Sequence record: DRR723986_585
Length of the DNA stretch: 64,000 nucleotides
Reading direction: 5' to 3' (one strand)
Under the pieces are notes generated by a model that searched no databases, had not been told where the DNA came from, and saw only the letters and a program-made list of their open reading frames with translations. Position 1 is the first letter of the stretch, and every line of letters begins with the position of its first letter. A program made the translations under genes and the position numbers. Positions 9,483 through 19,254 of this stretch are shown here, piece by piece.

Positions 9483-10421
9483 ATGTTTAGTTTAATACAA
9501 TTAGAATATATCGTTGCCGTAGACACCTACGGGCAGTTTTCAATAGCAGCTGAAAAATGTTTTGTTACTCAACCCACTTTAAGTATGCAAATAAAAAAGA
9601 TGGAAAGTGACTTGGATGTAGTGATTTTTGATCGATCCAAACAACCCGTTGTTGCTACAGAAGTTGGCCAAAAGATTGTCAGTCAGGCACGAAATATTTT
9701 AGCTGAATCTCAAAAAATTGATCAAATCATTCAATCCAATAAGGACACCATTGCAGGAGATTTGCGTATCGGCATCATTCCGTCAATAGCACCGTATTTA
9801 CTACCAAAATTCATTGGTGGGTTCTCAAAAAAATACCCAGATTTAAACATCCACATTAAAGAAAAACTGACCGAAGAGATTTTAGCAGATTTGGACAAGG
9901 AATTGCTAGATGTCGGAATTGTATCTACTCCTATTCCATCCGGAATGTACCAAGAACGTCCCATCTATTATGAACAGATATACATTTATTGTCACCCCAG
10001 TCATCCGTTTTACAATAAAAAAACCGTTTCAATCAATGAATTGGCTCAAGAAAACATTTGGCTTTTGAGCCAAGGACACTGCTTTAGGAGTCAGGTCATT
10101 AACATCTGCGCACTGAAGGACAATACAAGCGAATTACCCTTCACTTATGAATCCGCCTCTATTGAAACCCTAGTAAAAATGGTAGATAAACAGGGTGGTA
10201 TCACCTTAATTCCTGAACTGGCAGTAAGCGATCTTTCTAAAAAGAAACAGGAAGGCGTTAAACCCATCAAAGAATTAAAACCTGTGCGTGAGGTAGGATT
10301 AATCACTAATAGAATATTCGTAAAACAACGGGTATTAGATGCATTAGAATCAGCCATCAAGGGTGAATTATCAGCAGAAATAAAGCAAGCGGAACGTGGC
10401 GAACGCGTTGATTGGAAATAA
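9483..10421 (+). CDS. oxyR: OxyR-type LysR regulator (hydrogen peroxide-inducible genes activator)
   Basis: LysR HTH (AAEKCFVTQPTLSMQI) and redox motif GHCFRSQVINIC (C-X8-C). Confidence 0.88.
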   Translation: MFSLIQLEYIVAVDTYGQFSIAAEKCFVTQPTLSMQIKKMESDLDVVIFDRSKQPVVATEVGQKIVSQARNILAESQKIDQIIQSNKDTIAGDLRIGIIPSIAPYLLPKFIGGFSKKYPDLNIHIKEKLTEEILADLDKELLDVGIVSTPIPSGMYQERPIYYEQIYIYCHPSHPFYNKKTVSINELAQENIWLLSQGHCFRSQVINICALKDNTSELPFTYESASIETLVKMVDKQGGITLIPELAVSDLSKKKQEGVKPIKELKPVREVGLITNRIFVKQRVLDALESAIKGELSAEIKQAERGERVDWK

Positions 10422-10664
10422 TTATTGATCGCGAAAAGCGAGAAAATCATCTTCTGAAATCACCTCCCAACGTCCATCCAAACAGCTAAGCATGTCTTGA
10501 ATTCTTAATTTCTCGGGATATTGAACGGCTGCCACCCTATGCTCTTGAATGTTCGCTCCAAGCTTTATCAGCTCAACAAATAGCTCAGGAGACTCAATTT
10601 TATAATAAGTCTCAATTCCTACGTATTTTCTGAATTGCGGATATTCGAAAGATTCAGATTGCAT
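10422..10664 (-). CDS. Small hypothetical protein
   Basis: 80-aa ORF filling the gap between oxyR and the TPR gene. Confidence 0.65.
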   Translation of the reverse strand: MQSESFEYPQFRKYVGIETYYKIESPELFVELIKLGANIQEHRVAAVQYPEKLRIQDMLSCLDGRWEVISEDDFLAFRDQ

Positions 10665-10687
10665 CTTAGAATTCTTAAATTTGTACT

Positions 10688-11287
10688 ATGAGTGCCGAAC
10701 AACATTATCAATCAGGGCAAGACAAAGCTAGCAAAAATGACTGGAAAGCTGCAATTGAGTCATTTACTATGGCCATTGAATGCGATCCTAACAATCCGTT
10801 CTTTTACAACGAACGTGCAGTCTGTTACTTAAACATTGAACAATATGATTTAAGCCTGTTTGACATGAACAAAAGTGTTGATTTAGCCCCCAACTATGCG
10901 TATTTCTATACTTCTAGAGGGTTTTTAAAAGCCAGAATGCGAGATATGGAGGGCTGTGTAGCCGATTACGAAAAATCATTGCAGTTAGATCCTAAAAACG
11001 AAATAACCTACAATAATTTAGGATTAGCCCTTGAACAAATGGGCAATATGAAAAAGGCTCAACGGGTTTTTGCTGAAGGAAATAAGGTTTTAGGATACGA
11101 TCCACAAAAACGTCTTACTGAACAGAAAGCAACCAAAACCGATAACTCTGAAAAGAAAGAAATTGAGCCAACTGCCCCATCAAAAGCAAGTATTGCGAAG
11201 GATGTATTTACCAAAAAATCAACTTTTAAAGAATTCATGAGTTTTATCGGTAACGGATTTAAATTGAAAAAAGATGACGAAAGCTGA
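10688..11287 (+). CDS. Tetratricopeptide repeat protein
   Basis: Repeated TPR units (AIE.DPNNPFFYNERA, LAPNYAYFYTSRG, LDPKNEITYNNLG); overlaps nth by 14 nt. Confidence 0.9.
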   Translation: MSAEQHYQSGQDKASKNDWKAAIESFTMAIECDPNNPFFYNERAVCYLNIEQYDLSLFDMNKSVDLAPNYAYFYTSRGFLKARMRDMEGCVADYEKSLQLDPKNEITYNNLGLALEQMGNMKKAQRVFAEGNKVLGYDPQKRLTEQKATKTDNSEKKEIEPTAPSKASIAKDVFTKKSTFKEFMSFIGNGFKLKKDDES

Positions 11288-11921
11288 AAGAGCAGAATAC
11301 GTAGTTCAAGAATTAGAGAAACTTTATCCTACGGTTGATGTTCCTTTAGACCATAAAGATCCATATACACTGTTAATTGCAGTACTATTGTCGGCACAGT
11401 GTACAGATGTCCGAGTGAATCAAATTACCCCTATCCTATTTAAAAGAGCCGACAACCCTTACGACATGGTTAAATTATCAGTTGAGGAAATAAAAGAAAT
11501 TATTCGACCATGCGGATTAAGCCCTATGAAGTCAAAAGGCATTTATGGACTTTCACAAATTTTAATTGACAAACATAATGGCGAAGTGCCGCAGAGTTTT
11601 GAGGCCTTAGAAGAATTACCGGCCGTTGGACATAAAACTGCATCTGTAGTCATGTCTCAAGCCTTCGGTGTTCCAGCCTTCCCAGTTGACACTCATATTC
11701 ATAGATTAATGATTAGATGGGGATTAACAAACGGTAAAAATGTTGTTCAAACCGAGAAAGACGCCAAAAAGCTATTCCCAAAAGAAAAATGGAATAAACT
11801 GCACATTCAAATTATTTGGTATGGCAGACAATACTCTCCTGCAAGATCACCGAAACTGAGTGTGGATTATATCACGAGAACCATTGGCACTAAAAAAGTA
11901 CTGAAAGATTATAAGGATTAA
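11274..11921 (+). CDS. nth: Endonuclease III (HhH-GPD glycosylase) without the C-terminal Fe-S motif
   Basis: LLIAVLLSAQCTD, HhH LPAVGHKTA, PVDTHIHR. Confidence 0.93.
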   Translation: MTKAERAEYVVQELEKLYPTVDVPLDHKDPYTLLIAVLLSAQCTDVRVNQITPILFKRADNPYDMVKLSVEEIKEIIRPCGLSPMKSKGIYGLSQILIDKHNGEVPQSFEALEELPAVGHKTASVVMSQAFGVPAFPVDTHIHRLMIRWGLTNGKNVVQTEKDAKKLFPKEKWNKLHIQIIWYGRQYSPARSPKLSVDYITRTIGTKKVLKDYKD

Positions 11922-13111
11922 TTATTTCCTATAAACTCATCAAGTTCAATTTTTACCTGTTCTATTTTCTCGCTCATTTTTGCTTTTTTTGATTCGTCTT
12001 CTGTATAATTCACAATAGTCTCGTAAAGATAAATCATGATCAACCGATTAAATAAATCCAGATCTTTATCAGCTATTAAATTCAAGATTAAATTTTCAAA
12101 AACTACTAGGTCAGATGACTCTGAAATGGCTCTTCCGGCCCTACCCACGTTTGAATAATAATGATTTTGAGGTGGGTTTTGAATTCTTAACACGGTTCCA
12201 ATCATCAAAGTAGGAACATCAATATTGATTTCCTCTAATTCCTTTATATATGTTGATCTTCTTGCAAAAGCGTAGCTTCCATCCGACATTCTATGGAATC
12301 GATCATTCATTATATCCAAATGACTTCTTAAAAAGATCGACCAACTCACAGTTTCGGCAGCAATAATGGCTATATCCCTAGCATGTCTTCTTGGAGAATC
12401 ATCCATACTGCACATGCCAACTACTTTAGTTGACCTCATTGAGTCCAAAAGATTTAATTTTTCATTCATGGTCATAACTGAATAATTTGCAGGTATTGAT
12501 ATATATCCAGATTCTGCATCCTCAAAAAATTTAGTTTGATTTGTATCAATTAAACAATTCCCATATTGAATTTTCCGAGCTACTTCTTTGCCAAGTCGAC
12601 CGCTCTTAAAAGGACCATTTAGATAAATCACCTGTGTCTTTTTATTGTCCGACTGGTTTGGCAAGAACACCCAATTGTTCTTTATGTCAATTTTTTCATC
12701 TACATATCGAAATTCCCGCTCATGTCCTTCAGTGGTATAGCTATCAACAACTTTAACTTCCTCTTTATAGTAGTTCTGATATTTTGAACTTACAAACAGC
12801 TGAAGAGGACCTACATTTAAACGTGCGTCTTTATCTTTTAAAGCTTTCAAGTCGTATCCGCTTTCTGCAAACTGTTTCAACTTTTTTTCAGGAAGGCTAC
12901 TACTCACCAAATAGCCTGTTGTCTGTAGCTTAGAAAAGTACTTTGGATCCTCTTCACAAACAGCATGTTTAAGGTTTAATGAATCAACAATACCTTTTAA
13001 TTGGTTTATAGTTGTATCGCTGTAAATAAGGCCATTCTCGTGCAATTCAAATTCCTGGGCCAGGCTGAATGTGTGAACTAAAAGTGCTAAGGAAATAGTT
13101 AAAAGTCGCAT
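11918..13111 (-). CDS. Exported hypothetical protein
   Basis: 397-aa ORF with signal peptide ending SLA-Q. Confidence 0.8.
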   Translation of the reverse strand: MRLLTISLALLVHTFSLAQEFELHENGLIYSDTTINQLKGIVDSLNLKHAVCEEDPKYFSKLQTTGYLVSSSLPEKKLKQFAESGYDLKALKDKDARLNVGPLQLFVSSKYQNYYKEEVKVVDSYTTEGHEREFRYVDEKIDIKNNWVFLPNQSDNKKTQVIYLNGPFKSGRLGKEVARKIQYGNCLIDTNQTKFFEDAESGYISIPANYSVMTMNEKLNLLDSMRSTKVVGMCSMDDSPRRHARDIAIIAAETVSWSIFLRSHLDIMNDRFHRMSDGSYAFARRSTYIKELEEINIDVPTLMIGTVLRIQNPPQNHYYSNVGRAGRAISESSDLVVFENLILNLIADKDLDLFNRLIMIYLYETIVNYTEDESKKAKMSEKIEQVKIELDEFIGNN

Positions 13112-13226
13112 AGATTTCGGATTTCTGATAAAACAGCAAGAATTATGCCCATAAATGAACGACTCACTGTTGATATAATTTAAGATGCCTTTAATAGTTA
13201 CATTTCATTTACCGTAATTTTGTTAT

Positions 13227-13511
13227 ATGTTAAAGTTTCTTCCATACATTAAAAACAAGTACATCTTGTGCTCTGTGCTCGTGTTGGTGTATATATTGAT
13301 TTTACATGATACAGATGTGTTCACGCTTACCACAACTAAGAAAAAAGTAGCTGATTTAGAGGTACAAATTGACAAGATCAAAGTAGATATTGCAGAGTTA
13401 AAAGTTGCTCTGGATGATTTGGATGATCCCAGATCACTTGAGAAATATGCGCGTGAACATCATTATTTCAAAAAAGATGATGAAGATTTATTTATTTTCT
13501 CAATGGAATAA
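13227..13511 (+). CDS. Septum formation initiator (FtsB/DivIC family)
   Basis: N-terminal TM, coiled coil, LEKYARE...FKK.DED.F. Confidence 0.85.
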   Translation: MLKFLPYIKNKYILCSVLVLVYILILHDTDVFTLTTTKKKVADLEVQIDKIKVDIAELKVALDDLDDPRSLEKYAREHHYFKKDDEDLFIFSME

Positions 13512-13584
13512 ACAGATTACTAAATTCTGTTAAATCACACTTTTTATCTTATTGAATCGTTAACTTCGCAAAAACATTTTTGAT

Positions 13585-14373
13585 ATGCCAAAGGCACTAT
13601 TCTATTCCATCTGTATATTAATGAGCTCAAGCTCTTTTGGCCAAACCATTTTGTTGGATGAGGATTTTAGCAATGGCATTCCAAGTACATGGGCCGTGGT
13701 TGATGCTGACGGACATACACCTCACGCAAGCATGAGTCAATTCACTGCCGGTTGGATTTTTTATAATGATAGCGGTGATTCAACTGCAGCAAGTACATCT
13801 TATTACACCAATTCTACTGATCAGTCTGAAGATTACTTAATATTGCCGAAAATTAGTTTAGCAACGTTTACGAAGTTAAGTTGGAATGCCCGCTCAGTTG
13901 ATCCTTCTTTTCCAGATGGCTATCATGTGCTCGTATCAACTACAGACTCTTTAATCACCAGTTTCACTGACACACTATTAACCGTGCTAACTGAAAATTA
14001 TAATTGGAACCGAAAAAGCATCATGTTGGATACTATGGGCTTTGCAAATCAAGACGTTTTTATAGCCTTTAGAAATTTCACAACGAACGGATTTATCCTA
14101 GAATTGGATGATATTCTTGTTGAAGCCTCTGATTTTGCTGGTGATGTTGAAACAACTAAACCGTCATTTGAAATCTATCCTAACCCAGCAACTGAACACT
14201 TGAATATCAGATTTTCTGAACCTTTTAAGGCGAGCATTATTGCTATGGATGGAAAAATAATGATACAGTCAACTGAGACAATGATTAACACATCAGATTT
14301 AAGTCCGGGACAGTATATCATTCAACTTCAAACGAAATCTGAGGTACTGAATCAGATTTTAATCATAGAATAA
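13585..14373 (+). CDS. T9SS cargo with cleaved-adhesin (choice-of-anchor J)-like domain
   Basis: EDFSNGIP.TW...DADG, DYLILP, VFIAFRN, LDDI; CTD IYPNPA...LSPGQYII. Confidence 0.85.
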   Translation: MPKALFYSICILMSSSSFGQTILLDEDFSNGIPSTWAVVDADGHTPHASMSQFTAGWIFYNDSGDSTAASTSYYTNSTDQSEDYLILPKISLATFTKLSWNARSVDPSFPDGYHVLVSTTDSLITSFTDTLLTVLTENYNWNRKSIMLDTMGFANQDVFIAFRNFTTNGFILELDDILVEASDFAGDVETTKPSFEIYPNPATEHLNIRFSEPFKASIIAMDGKIMIQSTETMINTSDLSPGQYIIQLQTKSEVLNQILIIE

Positions 14374-14474
14374 AAGGCTTTAACAGCTCTCAAAGCCTTT
14401 CATCAAATCCTTTTGAATATTTTGTAATCTATCAAAATCAAAGCGTTATTTTTGCGGATTGATAAAAGAACAGC

Positions 14475-16616
14475 ATGAAAAAAATCATTTTAATTTTAAT
14501 TACCCTAGTAACGTTTACTTCACAAGCTGATGAAGGCATGTATATGCCGTTTATGCTGAAGAAAAACTATAAAGACATGGTCAAAAAAGGACTTGAGATG
14601 TCTTATAAAAAAATCTATAACCCTAAAAAAGCTTCTGTAAAAGATGCAATCGTTTCTTTAGGAGGATTTTGTACAGCAGAAATTATTTCGCCCAATGGCT
14701 TGATGTTAACCAATCATCACTGTGGTTATGACGCAATACGTGAAAATTCTACGCCAGAAAATGATTACCTGACTGATGGTTTCTGGGCTGCCAATTACGG
14801 TGAAGAAAAGCCTATTCCAGGCTTAACAGCCTCAATCGTTGTAAAAATGGTAGATGTTACCAAAGCAGTGAAGGCTGAATTAAATCCAGGGATGGATGCT
14901 GACGAACGTAAATTAAAAATCAAACAAATTTCTGAAAAACTAGCGGCTGAAGCTGTTGAAGGAACACATTACACTGCATACGTGGAAGAGTTTTATGAGG
15001 GAAATGAGTTTTACTTAATTGTGAACGAAGTATTTAAAGATGTTCGTTTAGTTGGTGCTCCACCATCTTCTATCGGAAAATACGGAGGAGACACAGACAA
15101 CTGGATGTGGACAAGACATACGGGTGACTTTTCAATGTTTAGAATTTATTCAGGTAAAGACAATAATCCTGCTGAGTTTGCTATGGACAATGTGCCCTAC
15201 TCGCCTAAACATCATTTACCGATTAATATCGGCGGGATTGAAGAAGGAGATTTTTCATTTATCATGGGTTACCCTGGATCAACAGATCGTTATTTAACTT
15301 CTCATGGAGTTGAGAACGCGATAGAGCGCGACCAGCCCAGTAGAGTAAAAATTAGAGGTAAAAAGCTTGAATTATTGAAGCAAGATATGGATGCCAGTGA
15401 TGCTGTAAGAATCATGTACGCTTCTAATTATGCTCAAATCAGCAATTACTGGAAATATTTTATTGGTCAAACTGAGCAATTAAAGAAAAATGGTGTTTTA
15501 AAAAAGAAGAAAGAATTAGAGACAGCTTTTACTAATTGGATTAAGGAAGACGAAGACAAAAGGTCAAAAAGATACGGGAATGTTTTAAGAGACATGACCG
15601 AGGCACATGAGATCATTGACATGGTGAACCCAACTTCAGTCTATTACTTTGAATCTGTTTACTCAATTGGAATTAACAAGTTCATGGTAAGCCATTACAG
15701 ACTGTTTAAAACACTGACGGCAGAAGAAGTAAACGAAGATGCTGTTAAACAATTATCAGAGGCATTGAAAGCACAAGCAGAAGGTTTCTGGGAAACCTTT
15801 AATTATGAAACTGAGGAAAAGTTATTAGGAGCTATGTTCAACATGTATTACAATGACGTGCCGAATAACCAACACCCACCGCTATTAGATAGCCTTAATG
15901 AGAAATACTCCAGCTGGCAAGAAATGGTAAGTAAAACAATGAAAAACTCTGCTTTCACAAGTAAAGAGAGATATGAAGAGTTCATCAACAATCCTACGAA
16001 ATCAGTAATTGAAACGGATGATTTGTTTAAATTAAACATGGAGTTATTGGACAACTTCAGATACTGGGCATACGGACCAGAAATAAACAAGGCTCAAGCT
16101 AAATTATCTGCAGCAAATCGATTATTTATTGAGGCATTAAGAAAAATGTATCCTAAAAAGAAGTTTTATCCTAATGCCAATTTTACTTTGAGATTGACTT
16201 ACGGAAATATTCTAGATTACTCTGCTCAAGGAAATGATTATAATTATTACACCACTATGGAGGGATTAATGGCTAAAGAAGATCCAAACAATGAAGAATT
16301 TATTGTTCCTACAAGGTTGAAGGAGCTCTATGAAAAGAAAGACTACGGAAGATATGGTAAAGATGGTGATTTATGGGTCAATTTCATATCAAACAATGAC
16401 ATTACAGGAGGAAATTCAGGATCACCAGTTATGAACGCGAGAGGAGAGTTAATTGGCTGTGCTTTTGATGGGAACTGGGAAGCTATGAGTGGAGATATTG
16501 CTTTTGAAAAGGACTTTCAACGAACCATTTCTTGTGATATTCGCTATATCTTGTTTGTGATTGATAAATATGCCGGTGCTAGCCACTTAATAGATGAAAT
16601 GACAATTGTAGAATAA
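14475..16616 (+). CDS. S46-family dipeptidyl peptidase, DPP7-type
   Basis: ADEGM, TNHHCG, DNWMW.RHTGDF, TGGNSGSPV, FDGNWEAMSGDI (Gly at the S1 position as in DPP7, not Arg as in DPP11). Confidence 0.93.
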   Translation: MKKIILILITLVTFTSQADEGMYMPFMLKKNYKDMVKKGLEMSYKKIYNPKKASVKDAIVSLGGFCTAEIISPNGLMLTNHHCGYDAIRENSTPENDYLTDGFWAANYGEEKPIPGLTASIVVKMVDVTKAVKAELNPGMDADERKLKIKQISEKLAAEAVEGTHYTAYVEEFYEGNEFYLIVNEVFKDVRLVGAPPSSIGKYGGDTDNWMWTRHTGDFSMFRIYSGKDNNPAEFAMDNVPYSPKHHLPINIGGIEEGDFSFIMGYPGSTDRYLTSHGVENAIERDQPSRVKIRGKKLELLKQDMDASDAVRIMYASNYAQISNYWKYFIGQTEQLKKNGVLKKKKELETAFTNWIKEDEDKRSKRYGNVLRDMTEAHEIIDMVNPTSVYYFESVYSIGINKFMVSHYRLFKTLTAEEVNEDAVKQLSEALKAQAEGFWETFNYETEEKLLGAMFNMYYNDVPNNQHPPLLDSLNEKYSSWQEMVSKTMKNSAFTSKERYEEFINNPTKSVIETDDLFKLNMELLDNFRYWAYGPEINKAQAKLSAANRLFIEALRKMYPKKKFYPNANFTLRLTYGNILDYSAQGNDYNYYTTMEGLMAKEDPNNEEFIVPTRLKELYEKKDYGRYGKDGDLWVNFISNNDITGGNSGSPVMNARGELIGCAFDGNWEAMSGDIAFEKDFQRTISCDIRYILFVIDKYAGASHLIDEMTIVE

Positions 16617-16636
16617 GAAAAACATCAATTAAAATT

Positions 16637-16666
16637 AAAGGCTTTGCAACTAGCAAGGCCTTTTTT
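16637..16666. terminator. Probable bidirectional terminator between convergent genes
   Basis: AAAGGCTTTGC/GCAAGGCCTTT stem with T-run. Confidence 0.75.
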
Positions 16667-17168
16667 ATTTCCTGAGGTTTTCAAAAGCAATTTTATTGAT
16701 CCATTGCTGATCAAAAGCATTGTCTATGATTTTATCCATCCTCATTGAAAACTCTAAAGTCAAGCTATTGTTATGAATGAATTCTGTAGCTTCCTTAAAT
16801 GATTTTAGCATACTTTGATAAAAGGCCTCTTGCTTAATTTGGTTCTCTGCATTGTATGCTTGAGCAACTTCAATATTATAAAGCATAAAATCCGCTATCA
16901 ATTCTGGCCTTACACCAAGTTTAATAAATTCCTTAATGAGTTTTTGAGCCACCGATCGCCGTTTCTTCGGTTTTCGTTTACCAGGAGGAAAGTATTCTTT
17001 CGATACCTTAAATTTGGCCTCGTCTATCATTTTATCCTCTTTTGGATTAAAGACAAAGGAATAAAAGGTTTTCACTTCTTTTAATCGATCATGCAATTCC
17101 AAAACCTGCTCTTCTAGCTCTTTTTTTGATAGTGATTCGAGATATTGTTTGAGTTTTCGCTTACTCAT
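16665..17168 (-). CDS. Conserved hypothetical protein (DUF6155-like)
   Basis: MSKRKLKQYL..LSK.EL, KFKVSKEYFP, RRSVAQK pattern. Confidence 0.7.
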   Translation of the reverse strand: MSKRKLKQYLESLSKKELEEQVLELHDRLKEVKTFYSFVFNPKEDKMIDEAKFKVSKEYFPPGKRKPKKRRSVAQKLIKEFIKLGVRPELIADFMLYNIEVAQAYNAENQIKQEAFYQSMLKSFKEATEFIHNNSLTLEFSMRMDKIIDNAFDQQWINKIAFENLRK

Positions 17169-18051
17169 TCTCAGCTATTCCTGATTCAAATCGTTCAAAT
17201 GATTTGTTTGATTTTTCTGACAATACCCTTAAATAGGCTTCAAATGTAAATTGTGGTTGATCAAAAACAGATGGAGCAAATTTGTTCAACAACCTATTTA
17301 AATCTTCATTGAAGACAACTAACTCCTTATTTGATTGATAAATTCTAACGCCACTCACTGCTTCTTGAATTGAAACATTCAAATTTTCTATAAAGCATTC
17401 TTCTCCGTTATTATTTGTTAAAATCAACATTTCAGCGCTAGACGATTCTATAAATCTTTTGGTATACCTACCCGCATACTCAGTAATATTCCCTTTTTTG
17501 TCATAAGAGAACTGCGCCCAGAACTTTTGTAACTCAACGTCATGGGATTTGTGCATTTTTTTTAAGGCCTTAATTTCATCCTCATGCAACATAGAATTCA
17601 TTGGGGAATCAAAACCATACTTAGCTAAAGAACTCAATAATCCTTTCAGAGAATTGAAATGTTGCCAATTCGGCAACACTCTTTCGTAAGTTTCCGAATA
17701 ATTCGCCACACCCATGCTATTTGTCCATGGCTCAACTTTGGAACTCACGTATGTCTTTTCAATCAAAGGAAGTTCTTCAGTTCCATCACGGGTAAGAATG
17801 TCCCAATTTTGCTCAATTCGCTTTACAAATGAATATTGATATTGCTTCGATTTAAAATCGAAAGTATATTTTTTTTGGATAAATTGATTGTAGGATAGAT
17901 TCTCCTCCACTTCATGTGTCAATGCTGCAGATGATAAACCTATTTGAACAAAATCTACCAGCCATTGATTGGCATTTTTATTTTCATCATCAGCAAGTAC
18001 TACTTGTTGCAGCATCACTAAAGTCATAAGAAAACAAATTCTTTTTTTCAT
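17161..18051 (-). CDS. Exported hypothetical protein
   Basis: 296-aa ORF with signal peptide; -7 box TACTTTTG upstream; 8-nt overlap with the next gene. Confidence 0.75.
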   Translation of the reverse strand: MKKRICFLMTLVMLQQVVLADDENKNANQWLVDFVQIGLSSAALTHEVEENLSYNQFIQKKYTFDFKSKQYQYSFVKRIEQNWDILTRDGTEELPLIEKTYVSSKVEPWTNSMGVANYSETYERVLPNWQHFNSLKGLLSSLAKYGFDSPMNSMLHEDEIKALKKMHKSHDVELQKFWAQFSYDKKGNITEYAGRYTKRFIESSSAEMLILTNNNGEECFIENLNVSIQEAVSGVRIYQSNKELVVFNEDLNRLLNKFAPSVFDQPQFTFEAYLRVLSEKSNKSFERFESGIAENE

Positions 18052-18126
18052 TCGGTTGATAGACGTTTGAGGAGTACAAAAGTAGCCTAAATCTATTTAA
18101 GTCTTCACTACCAACAAATGATTTTA

Positions 18127-19116
18127 TCAACACGGGCAGCCTTCAAAGCTCCATGATGCCGCTTTTAACAAGTTCATTTTACGACCTTCAAATTGGTATA
18201 TTGAACTTGACGTGAAGGCTCCAGTTATAATTTCGGGAAATCCATCTTGTTCAACATCAATTACATCAATCAATTCTTCATCAATTTTACTTGATGCAAG
18301 AAATCGATACTGAGCATCCTGCTTTTTATAAAGCACCAAATGATTCACCGTTAAAAATTCGCACATTCCTATTGACTTATTTTCGAGAATCACATAATCT
18401 CCAAATTTCGAATTGAATTCAGTGACATCAATCCGTGTGTACTCATCCTCAGAATCAGATCCGATTTTCGATTCAAGATCCACGTAATAGTCCGAACTTT
18501 TATAAAGGTTAATTAGATCATGATAACTCTCAGTAATTTCATCACCATAATTGTAGTCTTTGGCTATTTTTTCTCCGAACTGTTCGATATCATGCAGTTT
18601 TGAACTCGCCCATGCGTAATAAATATGTTTTTCCGTATCAATATCTGTTACTGCCGCTATGTATGGACTTTCTTGATGCCTGTCGTGAACCAAAACAACA
18701 TCAATAATTGACTGGAGATAAGTGTTGCGCTTAAAATAATGATCGTATAAGTACACTTTTTCTCCAATCAAATTTTTATACTTTAACCTTAAGGTTTGAT
18801 CCTTCAATTGATAGATTTCACAAAATTGAGTTTTCGTAGGATATCGATTTTCTCGAATACAATTATCAAAATTTGAAATATTCAAAAATTCTAGTACAAT
18901 CAAATTAGAATGACTTATCAACGCATAGTCAATTTTAGAAACCTGACGATTATTACGTTTAAAAAGTATTTTAGAAAGCTCCCTAGGCATTAGTGTCTCA
19001 CTTTTCTTTTCCAACGACACTCTCGCAGCAACAGACGAATCTCTTTTGGTTTTTTCTTTAAGAGCTAAAACAGAAGAGCAAAAGACGAGGGCAATAAATA
19101 AGGTCAAGAATTTCAT
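18127..19116 (-). CDS. Exported hypothetical protein with a C-terminal Ca-loop-like motif and terminal CPC
   Basis: Signal peptide; DVEQDGFPEII; ends FEGCPC. Confidence 0.75.
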   Translation of the reverse strand: MKFLTLFIALVFCSSVLALKEKTKRDSSVAARVSLEKKSETLMPRELSKILFKRNNRQVSKIDYALISHSNLIVLEFLNISNFDNCIRENRYPTKTQFCEIYQLKDQTLRLKYKNLIGEKVYLYDHYFKRNTYLQSIIDVVLVHDRHQESPYIAAVTDIDTEKHIYYAWASSKLHDIEQFGEKIAKDYNYGDEITESYHDLINLYKSSDYYVDLESKIGSDSEDEYTRIDVTEFNSKFGDYVILENKSIGMCEFLTVNHLVLYKKQDAQYRFLASSKIDEELIDVIDVEQDGFPEIITGAFTSSSIYQFEGRKMNLLKAASWSFEGCPC

Positions 19117-19254
19117 AGCGTTTTTTTTTATTCAATCTCCGAATTTTTTCTCCAAATCAGTACAGTCCATTACTCTTAGCTCTTCCTGATTTATTATTTG
19201 TCTTCGAAATAGAATTATTTGATTGTGACACAGAATCATTGCTAAATTTGTTAA

